This document shows positions 18,768-27,580 of a stretch of DNA of 64,000 nt, piece after piece. The translations under genes and the position numbers were made by a program. The first letter of the stretch is position 1. Every line of letters starts with the position of its first letter. Below the pieces are notes generated by a model that saw only the letters and a program-made list of their open reading frames with translations, had not been told where the DNA came from and did no database searches. Source of the DNA: Minisyncoccota bacterium (GTDB lineage: Bacteria > Patescibacteriota > Minisyncoccia > Phycocordibacterales > UBA2100); NCBI GenBank assembly GCA_965267345.1, contig OZ253947.1, positions 398,665 to 462,664 on the forward strand. The letters are read 5' to 3'.

Positions 18768-20687
18768 TTACTGAGTATTTAGTTCTTGCTGAGCGTCTGG
18801 CCAACCCATTTCCGCAAGAAATCGAGACCGCCTCTTTTGCCAACCGCGATAGTCTTTTGCCGTCGATAGAACAAGATGCTGCTTGCAGCGCGTAATGGCT
18901 ACAAAGCAATTCCGGCGCTCTTCCTCCATCTCGGGTGAAGCATCTCCCTTCTTGACGCTCTGCCAGGACGGCATTTCATCTTCCGCTAATCCAACAAGGT
19001 AGACTGTATCGAATTCGAGCCCCTTGGACGAGTGGACGGTCAAGAGGCTGACGGCATCTGGATCTTTAGGAGGTTCTTTTGAACGCAGTGCCAATCCTTG
19101 TACGACCTCCGCCAAATCGGGATTTGGCCCGATTTCCGATCGAATTTCCCGAAGACAAGCGTCCCATGCTCGCTGGTCTTCCACGACGTCGCTCACCGTA
19201 CCATCCTCGATAACCTCAGTTTTCAATAAGAACGGGATGGCCCGTTTGATCACATCGCTCCATCTGCTTCTTGAGTCGATTAACTCGTGAGTAAATTGCG
19301 CAAGATGCTGTGGCGTTGATTCCGGCTCATGTCCAACGACCTCACTCCAATGCTCCAAGAAGCTTTGGCTCGAAGCCTCAGACTCGGCAATCAAAATGGT
19401 TGGATCGAGCTCCATGTCCGCGAAGCGGTTGGCGGCATTCACTAGCGTTGTGAAGACTCTTTTGTTTCGAGGCCGAACAGCTTGATCGAGACAGGACTGA
19501 AGCCACACGAATTGAGGTGACGCAAAGCTATCGCGCCGCTGTGCTATTGCGGCCTTTACGCCTTTGGCCTTCAGCGCGGTGAGTACCGGTTCAAGCAGCG
19601 CCCGGGTTCGGCCGATTACGGCAATTTCTCCATGATCTTCGGCAGAGACTTTAGATATTTCCGTAGCAACAAATTCGCTTTCGTCAGTGCTGTTCTCAAA
19701 TTCGTGGAAGAATATTGTGTCAGGTGCGGCTTCTCGAGTCGGCACAATTTTCTTCTTGTCGGGTGTGCGCTGAGTATTGTGGGAGACAAGGCGGTTAGCG
19801 ATGGAAACAACCTCAGCTGGGCAGCGACGATTTTCCACAAGTTGAATCAGCTCCGGCTTAAAATCATCACGGAACCGCTCAATCTGACGGTAGCTCGCTC
19901 CCGCCCACTGAAAAATTATTTGATCGTCATCAGCGACACACATGACGTTGGAGAATTCCGCGCCTGTCATGTAGTGAAGAAGCCAATACTGGGCTCTCGT
20001 CGTGTCCTGAAATTCGTCAACCATCCAATAGGGATATGTACGGCGGATGCGCTTCGCCACCGCCGGCACCTGGGCAAGTAGCCGGCAGGTCTCCAAAATC
20101 AAGCCGTTAAAATCGAGTGCGTTCTCGGCGCGTAAAGCTTCCTCATACAGTTTGTAGACAGCGGGCATGCGTGGGTTTCGTATGTGTTTGGCCGCTTTAT
20201 CCGGGACTACCAACCGTGCCTTCATTTCATCGATAGCGCGAAGAAAGTGGATGTCCTCAGCGACAAAGTCGCTCCCACTCGCCGCGGCTGCCTCAAGCGC
20301 ATCAGCGAGCAGTGCCTCTCGCTCACGCTCAAGATCGAAAATCCCGAAGTCAGGTTCAATACCGATGTGGGAGCCATGTTGCCGCAAAATTTGAGTGCAA
20401 AAAGCGTGAAATGTTCCAATGAACGTGCGGTCGTCTACGGAACCTGGAACCATTTGTTCCACACGTTCGGCCATTTCGGCGGCAGCTTTCGTCGTGAACG
20501 TAAGCGCGAGGACACGAAAACGCTTTTGTGGAGATTCTTCCAGAAGGCGCGCAAGCCTGGTCGTTAATACACGCGTCTTGCCGGATCCTGGTCCAGCCAA
20601 AACGAGAGCAGCGCCATCGCGCCACATAACGGCTTCGCGCTGGATGTCGCTTAGGCTATCGATTGCATCTTGAAATTCGCTGCTCAT
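18768..20687 (-). CDS. gajB: UvrD/PcrA/Rep-like superfamily-1 DNA helicase (Gabija GajB-like)
   Basis: Motif I AGPGSGKT, motif Ia TFTTKAAAEM, motif II YWMVDEFQDTT, motif VI VHSSKGLEFDTVYLVG. The start overlaps the stop of the upstream OLD-family gene by 4 nt (ATGA). Confidence 0.7.
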   Translation of the reverse strand: MSSEFQDAIDSLSDIQREAVMWRDGAALVLAGPGSGKTRVLTTRLARLLEESPQKRFRVLALTFTTKAAAEMAERVEQMVPGSVDDRTFIGTFHAFCTQILRQHGSHIGIEPDFGIFDLEREREALLADALEAAAASGSDFVAEDIHFLRAIDEMKARLVVPDKAAKHIRNPRMPAVYKLYEEALRAENALDFNGLILETCRLLAQVPAVAKRIRRTYPYWMVDEFQDTTRAQYWLLHYMTGAEFSNVMCVADDDQIIFQWAGASYRQIERFRDDFKPELIQLVENRRCPAEVVSIANRLVSHNTQRTPDKKKIVPTREAAPDTIFFHEFENSTDESEFVATEISKVSAEDHGEIAVIGRTRALLEPVLTALKAKGVKAAIAQRRDSFASPQFVWLQSCLDQAVRPRNKRVFTTLVNAANRFADMELDPTILIAESEASSQSFLEHWSEVVGHEPESTPQHLAQFTHELIDSRSRWSDVIKRAIPFLLKTEVIEDGTVSDVVEDQRAWDACLREIRSEIGPNPDLAEVVQGLALRSKEPPKDPDAVSLLTVHSSKGLEFDTVYLVGLAEDEMPSWQSVKKGDASPEMEEERRNCFVAITRCKQHLVLSTAKDYRGWQKRRSRFLAEMGWPDAQQELNTQ

Positions 20688-22603
20688 GACCCTCTTGTTT
20701 TGAGCCGTTCGATCAAGTCCACGAAAGGCTTCGGCATTTGAGCGGCGAGCTTTGCATCCGCTGCAACCATAGGAGCGAGCTCTGTCATGTAAGCCACCTT
20801 TCTATTTTTCAGGTGGCGCTTGAGCGTATCCAAGTCACACGATTTTGCCGAAGACCCGATGAGATCACAGAGTATGTCACGGAGGAGAGCTTCATGACCG
20901 TCTGCGATGAGTTGCTCCTCCAAATTGTGTGGCGGCGTAAGTGAGGTAACTCGCTCATCGACCTCTGCTTGTGTGAAGCCCCGCTTCACTATCTGCTTAC
21001 AAAATCTCGCACCTTCATCGTCACCATCGACAATCATGTCCCAAGGAATTTCGAAAGCATCCGCGAGAGCTGCATAGATGGCCGGGCTACCGTTGTTCTG
21101 AAAATCAATGACAGCGACGCCGTGCTGATCGAGATCGTATCCCAGGGCCATACCCAATGCATGAAGAAGTAGGTAGTCAGACTGGCCCTCCGCCAATACC
21201 CAGCGACGAGCAAAAAAGATCTCTCCCCGCATACGACGCCCCAGTAAGGCAAGGTCAGCCTCATCCTCCTTCGATATAAGCAACCGACATTCATGTCGAA
21301 ATTCAGCAACAACCTTTTCCATACTGCTGGCGGATGTCGTGGATTTCCAACAGGCTGCCAAATCGGCGGCGAATTTCTCATCGAACCAAAGCGTAGCTGA
21401 CACGGTCCCTGATTTTTCGTCCTTCTTGATCCAATCCAACCGGCGACCAGCTACCAGGTTCTTTACTTCCTCCGTCCACGGAAGATCAGAAACAACGCGT
21501 CGCTTCAGCTTGCTCACTGAAGTGGAACCGTCCACAAATCGTACGTATCGAAGATTGTGTAGCGGTACATTCTGCACAAAATAGGGAGAATGCGTGGTGG
21601 CAATCGACTGTCCCGGTAGCTCACATATGCGTCTCCAGAGCGTGCGTGCTGCCTGTGGGTGCAAGTGAACCTCTGGCTCTTCAATTGCAAAAATTGGCTC
21701 GGCACCCTCAGGAAGGTCACTTGCCAACGCCTGCGCAATTGCCGCCTGAAATAGAAAAATCACCGCTAAGCTTTGGAGACCTTGTCCATGGTGATCGAGC
21801 GGCAGCCACGGATGAAGCTCTTCATTTCGGAGAACCAGACCGGCGCGAGAGAGAAGATCCCACAAATTCAGAGGTAGCATACGGAGTCGTGCCGTGCCGG
21901 GTTTGTCTCCTGATGCTATTTCCGTCGCACGGCCGATCGTCTCCGCAATCTCAGCAAATCGCTTATCAGAGCTAAGAAGCTTCTCATCAAGCTCATCAAG
22001 TTTCTCTTTGACTTCCATCTCTAGTGCTGGGGGCACATTCATCGATTTGAGCAGCCCACCCCAGTAGCGAGATCGTGCAGTGAATTCCGCATCGGCGTCC
22101 CGCAAGGCACCAAGCCAGTAGAAAAGTACGTAGTTGTAGAAGCCAGAAAGATTGATGGAGCGCCGTCTCACCCCCATCGGCTTGCCATCTGGATTCAGAA
22201 ACTCCCACGCCGGCTTGAATGCTTCGTCATCCGGATCCCAGGAGTAGGAGATTGCTATGGCTACCTGGTTCAACCCGTCGGTTGTGAGCGTCACGATGTC
22301 ATCCAGATCTGCGACCATGTCCTCAGGCCACTCATCTGGCTCGGTCTCTTCAAAGACAATTTCTATTCGGGATCCTGGGGCAGAGCGAGGGTCATGCTTC
22401 TTCGGATCCGCTATGTGAATGTCATCTTCGGTGAAGCCTGTACCGCGTTGGCCCCATCGACGAGACAACGCGATTCTGAGCGCCTCCAAAATTGCTGACT
22501 TCCCGGAGTTATTCGCCCCAATTAAAACAGTCGTATCGTCCAACTCGAGGGTGAGTTGGGCGATCGATCGGAAATTCTCAATGTGTAACCGTCGGATCTT
22601 CAT
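20684..22603 (-). CDS. gajA: OLD-family ATP-dependent endonuclease: ABC-type ATPase plus C-terminal TOPRIM (Gabija GajA-like, class 2 OLD)
   Basis: Walker A GANNSGKS, ABC-like signature IFAIEEPEVHLHP, TOPRIM Glu in VLAEGQSDY and DxD in IVDGDDEG. 639 aa. Partnered with the UvrD helicase downstream. Confidence 0.72.
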   Translation of the reverse strand: MKIRRLHIENFRSIAQLTLELDDTTVLIGANNSGKSAILEALRIALSRRWGQRGTGFTEDDIHIADPKKHDPRSAPGSRIEIVFEETEPDEWPEDMVADLDDIVTLTTDGLNQVAIAISYSWDPDDEAFKPAWEFLNPDGKPMGVRRRSINLSGFYNYVLFYWLGALRDADAEFTARSRYWGGLLKSMNVPPALEMEVKEKLDELDEKLLSSDKRFAEIAETIGRATEIASGDKPGTARLRMLPLNLWDLLSRAGLVLRNEELHPWLPLDHHGQGLQSLAVIFLFQAAIAQALASDLPEGAEPIFAIEEPEVHLHPQAARTLWRRICELPGQSIATTHSPYFVQNVPLHNLRYVRFVDGSTSVSKLKRRVVSDLPWTEEVKNLVAGRRLDWIKKDEKSGTVSATLWFDEKFAADLAACWKSTTSASSMEKVVAEFRHECRLLISKEDEADLALLGRRMRGEIFFARRWVLAEGQSDYLLLHALGMALGYDLDQHGVAVIDFQNNGSPAIYAALADAFEIPWDMIVDGDDEGARFCKQIVKRGFTQAEVDERVTSLTPPHNLEEQLIADGHEALLRDILCDLIGSSAKSCDLDTLKRHLKNRKVAYMTELAPMVAADAKLAAQMPKPFVDLIERLKTRGS

Positions 22604-22614
22604 GCGTCACGCTC

Positions 22615-22935
22615 ATGCAAAGGAGCGAGAATTCATTGTATCATGAGCATGCAGATCAAATGCGTACAAACAAATCGAAATACGATATTACGGGAGCTGC
22701 AAATAAGCGCTTGCCGGACCGCAATCCGGAGTTCCCGTTCATACGGGAGCTGTGCGCCCATCTCTCAGAGGAAGAAATCCAAGAGGCCAATGAGAGCTTC
22801 TGGCGTTACACCGAGATCGTACGGGGCATCTTTGACCGCCAGGAACGCGATCGGAAATTTGCTCAGGATGCGGCCGAAATACGGCCGGACGAGGTAGATG
22901 AAGAAGCCTCGAACCATAGTGGCGAATTTTCGTGA
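22615..22935 (+). CDS. Hypothetical small acidic protein, divergent from the Gabija-like operon. Start uncertain; possibly the internal Met at ~22660.
   Basis: The ORF track gives 106 aa. No recognisable motifs. Ends 13 nt before a perfect 10-bp stem-loop. Confidence 0.3.
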   Translation: MQRSENSLYHEHADQMRTNKSKYDITGAANKRLPDRNPEFPFIRELCAHLSEEEIQEANESFWRYTEIVRGIFDRQERDRKFAQDAAEIRPDEVDEEASNHSGEFS

Positions 22936-22948
22936 TCGCAGAACGTAA

Positions 22949-22972
22949 CAGAGCGCTCAATAGAGCGCTCTG
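22949..22972. other. Perfect 10-bp-stem palindrome cagagcgctc-aata-gagcgctctg between the small ORF and tRNA-Glu
   Basis: Read from the sequence. No T-tract follows. Candidate terminator or processing hairpin at the island edge. Confidence 0.5.
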
Positions 22973-23009
22973 GTGCGTCAAGGCACAAAAACTTGATGGA
23001 TTTAATGGC

Positions 23010-23084
23010 TGGTGACCCTACGGGGAATCGAACCCCGATTTCCACCGTGAAAGGGTGGCGTCCTAGCCGTTAGACGATAGGGCC
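23010..23084 (-). tRNA. tRNA-Glu (anticodon TTC), CCA encoded
   Basis: Revcomp GGCCCTA TC GTCTAACGGCTAGGAC GCCACC CTTTCAC GGTGG AAATC GGGGTTCGATTCCCC GTAGGGTC ACCA. Confidence 0.88.
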
Positions 23085-23150
23085 GTACGTGCGGCGCTAC
23101 TATACCGCACTTTTTGGGCATGGGCAAAAAAGTATGCTACCGTTTGTCGC

Positions 23151-23234
23151 GGAGGGTTGCCCGGAATTGGTAACGGACCGCACTCGAAATGCGGCGCGCG
23201 CAAGCGCTTGTGGGTTCGAGTCCCATGCCCTCCG
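23151..23234 (+). tRNA. tRNA-Ser (anticodon CGA), class II with a long variable arm
   Basis: GGAGGGT TG CCCGGAATTGGTAACGGAC CGCA CTCGAAA TGCG, variable arm GCGCGCGCAAGCGCTTG, T-arm TGGGTTCGAGTCCCA, acceptor GCCCTCC G. Closely resembles E. coli serU. Confidence 0.85.
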
Positions 23235-23361
23235 CTCGTTTGTACGTAACTATCTACACGTCCATACCTGCGATTCGAAAAGATGTTTTACTGCACGAGG
23301 ACCGCCCTTACGCAAACCTCTGATACAAGGTCGGTCCTTGTTCTGCTTGCAGGGTGTTTCG

Positions 23362-23387
23362 TACCTACTGAGATATCTCAGTAGGTA
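23362..23387. promoter_or_regulatory. 26-bp perfect palindrome (tacctactgagat|atctcagtaggta) just upstream of a TGTTATACT extended -10 in front of tsaD
   Basis: Perfect dyad symmetry, read from the sequence. Located 25 nt upstream of TGtTATACT at 23412-23420. Confidence 0.4.
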
Positions 23388-23458
23388 TACCAAAGTTAAT
23401 TCAAAAGTTGATGTTATACTACCCTCGCCATGACGTCTGTGCTACCGTACATCGGTAT

Positions 23459-24631
23459 ATGGCAACGATACTAGCGGTTGAGACATCGTGTGACGAGACA
23501 GGCATTGCGATTATTGACACTGAACGCACTGACGAACAAGTGCGCGTGCACGTGCGTGCCGATGCACTGCTCTCACAGGCGGTGCTGCACGCCGAATACG
23601 GCGGTGTGTATCCCACACTCGCCAAACGAGAACACGCAAAAAATCTCGGACCACTCTTCACTGACGCACTGACAAAAGCAGGCCTCTTCATTCCTGCGCA
23701 GGAGTCGATCATGTCACAAGAGAAAATTGGAGAGATTAAAGAATTACTTGAGCGCGAGCCTGAACTATTCGTACACCTTGCCGTACTCCTTGCGAAGCTC
23801 GAAAAGCCACCAATTGACGCCGTCGCGGTCACGAATGGCCCCGGGCTGGAACCAGCACTATGGGTTGGTATCAATTTTGCGCGAGCACTGGGTACCGTGT
23901 GGGATATTCCCGTCGTACCCATCAACCACATGGAAGGGCACATTATCGCGGCCGTTGCCGAGCCGGTAAACGAAACAGAATTCACCATTTCACACCCCAC
24001 CTTCCCTGCCCTAGCACTGCTTATCTCAGGCGGCCACACCGAATTGGTGCTCATGCGCTCGTGGCTTTCATATGAGCGGATTGGCAGTACACGCGATGAC
24101 GCGGCGGGTGAGGCATTTGATAAATCGGCACGACTCATCGGCTTGCCGTACCCTGGTGGTCCGGAAATATCGAAGCTCGCAGAAGCAGCGCGCGCCGAAG
24201 GTCTTGAGCAGCCATTTTCACTTCCACGGCCCATGATCGCCACCAACGACTGTGACTTCTCGTTCTCAGGACTGAAGACGGCTGTCCGTACACTGGTTAC
24301 TGAGGCTGGCACCCTTGATGAAACACAAAAGAAGCAGTTTGCACGTGAACTGGAAGATGCGATTAGCGATGTCTTGGTTGCCAAAACACGCCGTGCAATT
24401 GAAACCTACGGTGTCGCATCACTAATCGTCAGCGGTGGTGTATCGGCAAATACCCACATTCGTACGCAACTTGCCGCTCTCGCTGAAGAATATAACGCAA
24501 CGCTCTTCCTTCCCTCGCCCGACTTGGCAACTGACAATGGGCGCATGATTGCCTTTGCGGCATCAATTCACGACGCTGACTCAGCGCGCGAAAAAGATAT
24601 TCGTGCTGAGGGAAATCTACAACTAGCGTAA
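23459..24631 (+). CDS. tsaD: tRNA N6-adenosine threonylcarbamoyltransferase TsaD (Kae1/YgjD family)
   Basis: MATILAVETSCDETGIAIID, HMEGHI and GGVSANT motifs. The ORF extends upstream to 23408, but the conserved N-terminus begins at 23459. Confidence 0.85.
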   Translation: MATILAVETSCDETGIAIIDTERTDEQVRVHVRADALLSQAVLHAEYGGVYPTLAKREHAKNLGPLFTDALTKAGLFIPAQESIMSQEKIGEIKELLEREPELFVHLAVLLAKLEKPPIDAVAVTNGPGLEPALWVGINFARALGTVWDIPVVPINHMEGHIIAAVAEPVNETEFTISHPTFPALALLISGGHTELVLMRSWLSYERIGSTRDDAAGEAFDKSARLIGLPYPGGPEISKLAEAARAEGLEQPFSLPRPMIATNDCDFSFSGLKTAVRTLVTEAGTLDETQKKQFARELEDAISDVLVAKTRRAIETYGVASLIVSGGVSANTHIRTQLAALAEEYNATLFLPSPDLATDNGRMIAFAASIHDADSAREKDIRAEGNLQLA

Positions 24632-25276
24632 CGCCTGTCGCAGCACAGTGAGAGTTTCCTGCGCCGTCGTATCACGCACGGCGGCTGCAGGAATGCTGAT
24701 ATGCGCAAGTTGGCGATACTGTGCGAGACGGTCTTCCAGTAGGCGCGGGTAACACCGACGCAGTGCCTGCTCTTCCGATTCCCCCGCTTCCAGCGTGAAG
24801 TAGCCACACCACGCAACCGGTTTTGGCTTTTCAAGAAATGCTTCGACGAGCCCGTCGAGTGACTCATCCCCCACATCCAAGTGCACGATAAGGCAGTTGT
24901 CGTGAAGGATGCGCAGTGTTCGCGGCTCGAGGTGTACCACACTACCGGTCGTATCGAATACCAGATTTTTGCCGTTGGTTTGCATCGAAGCGTGACGCGT
25001 AAACTCATTTTCTAATTCTAAGTACCGCGCTTCGCGTTCTGCGTACGTCGGCGTGTCAGGGTAGCCGAGCCACGCAGAAATATCGGCCATATCGTCAAAG
25101 CCGAGCTCGTGCTGTATCTCACCATCAACGTGGTACCACAAAAAATCCTCCGCATCGCGGAGTACTTTTGAGCGAAAACTCTTACCGGCATTCGACATGC
25201 CGATGAATGAGAGCCGGAACGTACCGGCGGCAATATGTGCATCAAATTCTTCCGGTTTTAGTTGTACCGACTGCAT
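24623..25276 (-). CDS. P-loop NTPase / nucleoside(-tide) kinase-like protein (AAA_33-like)
   Basis: Walker A FIGMSNAGKS. 217 aa. Divergent from valS. Confidence 0.4.
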   Translation of the reverse strand: MQSVQLKPEEFDAHIAAGTFRLSFIGMSNAGKSFRSKVLRDAEDFLWYHVDGEIQHELGFDDMADISAWLGYPDTPTYAEREARYLELENEFTRHASMQTNGKNLVFDTTGSVVHLEPRTLRILHDNCLIVHLDVGDESLDGLVEAFLEKPKPVAWCGYFTLEAGESEEQALRRCYPRLLEDRLAQYRQLAHISIPAAAVRDTTAQETLTVLRQALR

Positions 25277-25345
25277 AGTCTTCGCGAGTATAGCATTGAG
25301 CTTTTGTGGCGTACAGTGTGGAAGAAAAAGAGCACCAGTGCTAGT

Positions 25346-27562
25346 ATGAGCGTCATGTCAGACGATGCACACCAGCCACATATTCCGGAAAAGTTTCTCT
25401 CCCCGTACAACCCGCAGGAGACTGAAGATACACTCTATGCCCTCTGGGAGCAGTCGGGGTTTTTTAATCCTGACGTGTGTATCGAAAAAGGTGTCACCGA
25501 TGCCGACGCTGAACCGTTTTCTATTGTACTACCACCCCCAAACGTAACCGGCACCCTCCACATGGGTCACGCTGCTATGCTTGCGGTTGAAGATATCCTC
25601 GTGCGCTACCATCGCATGAGCGGCAAGCGCACGCTCTGGCTTCCGGGTACTGATCATGCCGCCATTGCCACACAGGCAAAGGTGGAAAAAGAGCTGATTA
25701 AGAAAGAGAAAAAGAACCGACACGACCTCGGCCGCGAGGCCTTTCTCAAGCGCGTGGAAGCATTCGCCCAAGAGAGTCACGACACGATTGTACGGCAGGT
25801 GAAAAAAATGGGTGCGTCACTCGACTGGAGTCGCGAAGCCTACACACTGGATGAGGCGCGGGCACATGCCGTGAACACCGCTTTTACGAATATGTACAAC
25901 GCGGGTCTGATTTATCGCGGTGACCGCATTGTCAACTGGGACCCCAAGGGGCAGACCACCATCTCTGACGAAGAAATTGTATACAAGGAAGAACACGGAA
26001 AATTCTACTACTTTACCTATGGTCCTTTCACGATCGGAACAGCACGTCCGGAAACGAAGTTTGCCGACAAGTACATCGTGATGCATCCGGAGGACGAACG
26101 CTATGCACAGTATGAACACGGACAGGAACTTGAGGTGGAGTGGATTAACGGTCCGATAACCGCAACCATCATTAAAGACGAAGCGGCCGACCCTGAAATG
26201 GGTACGGGTGTCATGACCATTACGCCGTGGCACTCTGCCGTCGACTTTGACTTGGCGGAAAAATACGATTTGGCCAAAGAGCAGATTATTGACCAGTACG
26301 GCAAACTTCTCCCCATTGCCGGCGAATTTGCCGGTATGAAGATCACGCAGGCGCGCGAGGAAATTGTAAAAAAACTCGACGAGAAGGGGCTGCTTGTCGA
26401 TATCGATGAAAACTACGTGCACAATATCGCCACAGCCGAGCGCACGGGTGGTGTTGTTGAGCCGCAAATTATGCGCCAGTGGTTTGTGGATGTCACTAAA
26501 CCATTCACCCCACCAAACGCTACTGAGGCGCTCAGCTTAAAGGAGTGGATGACGCGCGTTATTCGCGACGAGGAAATCAGCATTTTGCCCGAACGGTTTG
26601 AGAAAACGTACTTTCACTGGATCGATAACTTGCGCGACTGGTGTATTAGCCGACAACTCTGGTATGGCCACCGTGTCCCCGTATGGTATCGCGGCGAGGA
26701 AATGTACGTGGGTGTCACCGCTCCTGAGGGTGACGGTTGGGAGCAGGATCCCGATACGCTTGATACATGGTTTTCGAGCGGCCTCTGGACATTTTCAACA
26801 CTCGGTTGGCCTGAGGACACCGACGACCTACGTACCTACCACCCCACCACCGTGCTGGAGACTGGCTACGACATCCTCTTCTTCTGGGTCGCGCGTATGA
26901 TTTTGATGAGTGGTTTTCACATGGGTGAGGTACCGTTCCGCTATGTCTATCTGCATGGTCTCGTACGCGACGAAAAGGGGCAGAAAATGAGCAAATCGAT
27001 CGGCAATATTATCGACCCCGTGGACATGATTGATACGTACGGTGCCGACGCGGCACGTCTCTCACTTATTATCGGTGCGGCTGTCGGTAACGACCTGAAA
27101 CTTTCAGAGCAACGGGTAAAAGGATACAAGCACTTTGCCAATAAACTCTGGAACATCACACGCTTTGTACTCACGCACACTACCGATGCTGACGTCTCGA
27201 CACCCCCCGCTCTCACGAGCATTGATGAAGCGCGCCTGTCGCGCCTCACCGAAATTGCGACTGAGGTCACGGGGCACATTGAAAGCTTCCGTCTTGACCT
27301 TGCGGGTGACACGCTCTACCAGTACGTCTGGCACGAAGTGGCAGACACCATTCTTGAGGAGAGCAAGGCGGTGCTCACCGGTGACGATGCAGCGGCACGA
27401 CGCTCGACACAGTACACGCTCGCAACTATTCTTACGACCTCGCTCAAACTACTCCACCCATTCATGCCATTTGTGACGGAGGAAATATGGCAATCACTGC
27501 CGTCGCAATTCCCTGAGCGCGACGCCGATCTCCTCATGGTTGCGTCGTGGCCAACACAATAA
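25346..27562 (+). CDS. valS: Valyl-tRNA synthetase (short form lacking the C-terminal coiled-coil)
   Basis: HIGH box TGTLHMGHA, KMSKS box, TRPET, CISRQLWYGHRVP and DTWFSSGLWTFSTLGWPE all align with E. coli ValS. 739 aa from this start. The ORF begins at 25262. Confidence 0.9.
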   Translation: MSVMSDDAHQPHIPEKFLSPYNPQETEDTLYALWEQSGFFNPDVCIEKGVTDADAEPFSIVLPPPNVTGTLHMGHAAMLAVEDILVRYHRMSGKRTLWLPGTDHAAIATQAKVEKELIKKEKKNRHDLGREAFLKRVEAFAQESHDTIVRQVKKMGASLDWSREAYTLDEARAHAVNTAFTNMYNAGLIYRGDRIVNWDPKGQTTISDEEIVYKEEHGKFYYFTYGPFTIGTARPETKFADKYIVMHPEDERYAQYEHGQELEVEWINGPITATIIKDEAADPEMGTGVMTITPWHSAVDFDLAEKYDLAKEQIIDQYGKLLPIAGEFAGMKITQAREEIVKKLDEKGLLVDIDENYVHNIATAERTGGVVEPQIMRQWFVDVTKPFTPPNATEALSLKEWMTRVIRDEEISILPERFEKTYFHWIDNLRDWCISRQLWYGHRVPVWYRGEEMYVGVTAPEGDGWEQDPDTLDTWFSSGLWTFSTLGWPEDTDDLRTYHPTTVLETGYDILFFWVARMILMSGFHMGEVPFRYVYLHGLVRDEKGQKMSKSIGNIIDPVDMIDTYGADAARLSLIIGAAVGNDLKLSEQRVKGYKHFANKLWNITRFVLTHTTDADVSTPPALTSIDEARLSRLTEIATEVTGHIESFRLDLAGDTLYQYVWHEVADTILEESKAVLTGDDAAARRSTQYTLATILTTSLKLLHPFMPFVTEEIWQSLPSQFPERDADLLMVASWPTQ

Positions 27563-27580
27563 GTGCTACAATAGCACTGT

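Noticed and set aside
23089-23433. 114-aa ORF spanning tRNA-Ser(CGA)
   Set aside because: It overlaps a clear class II tRNA cloverleaf and a palindromic intergenic region. The ORF is incidental.
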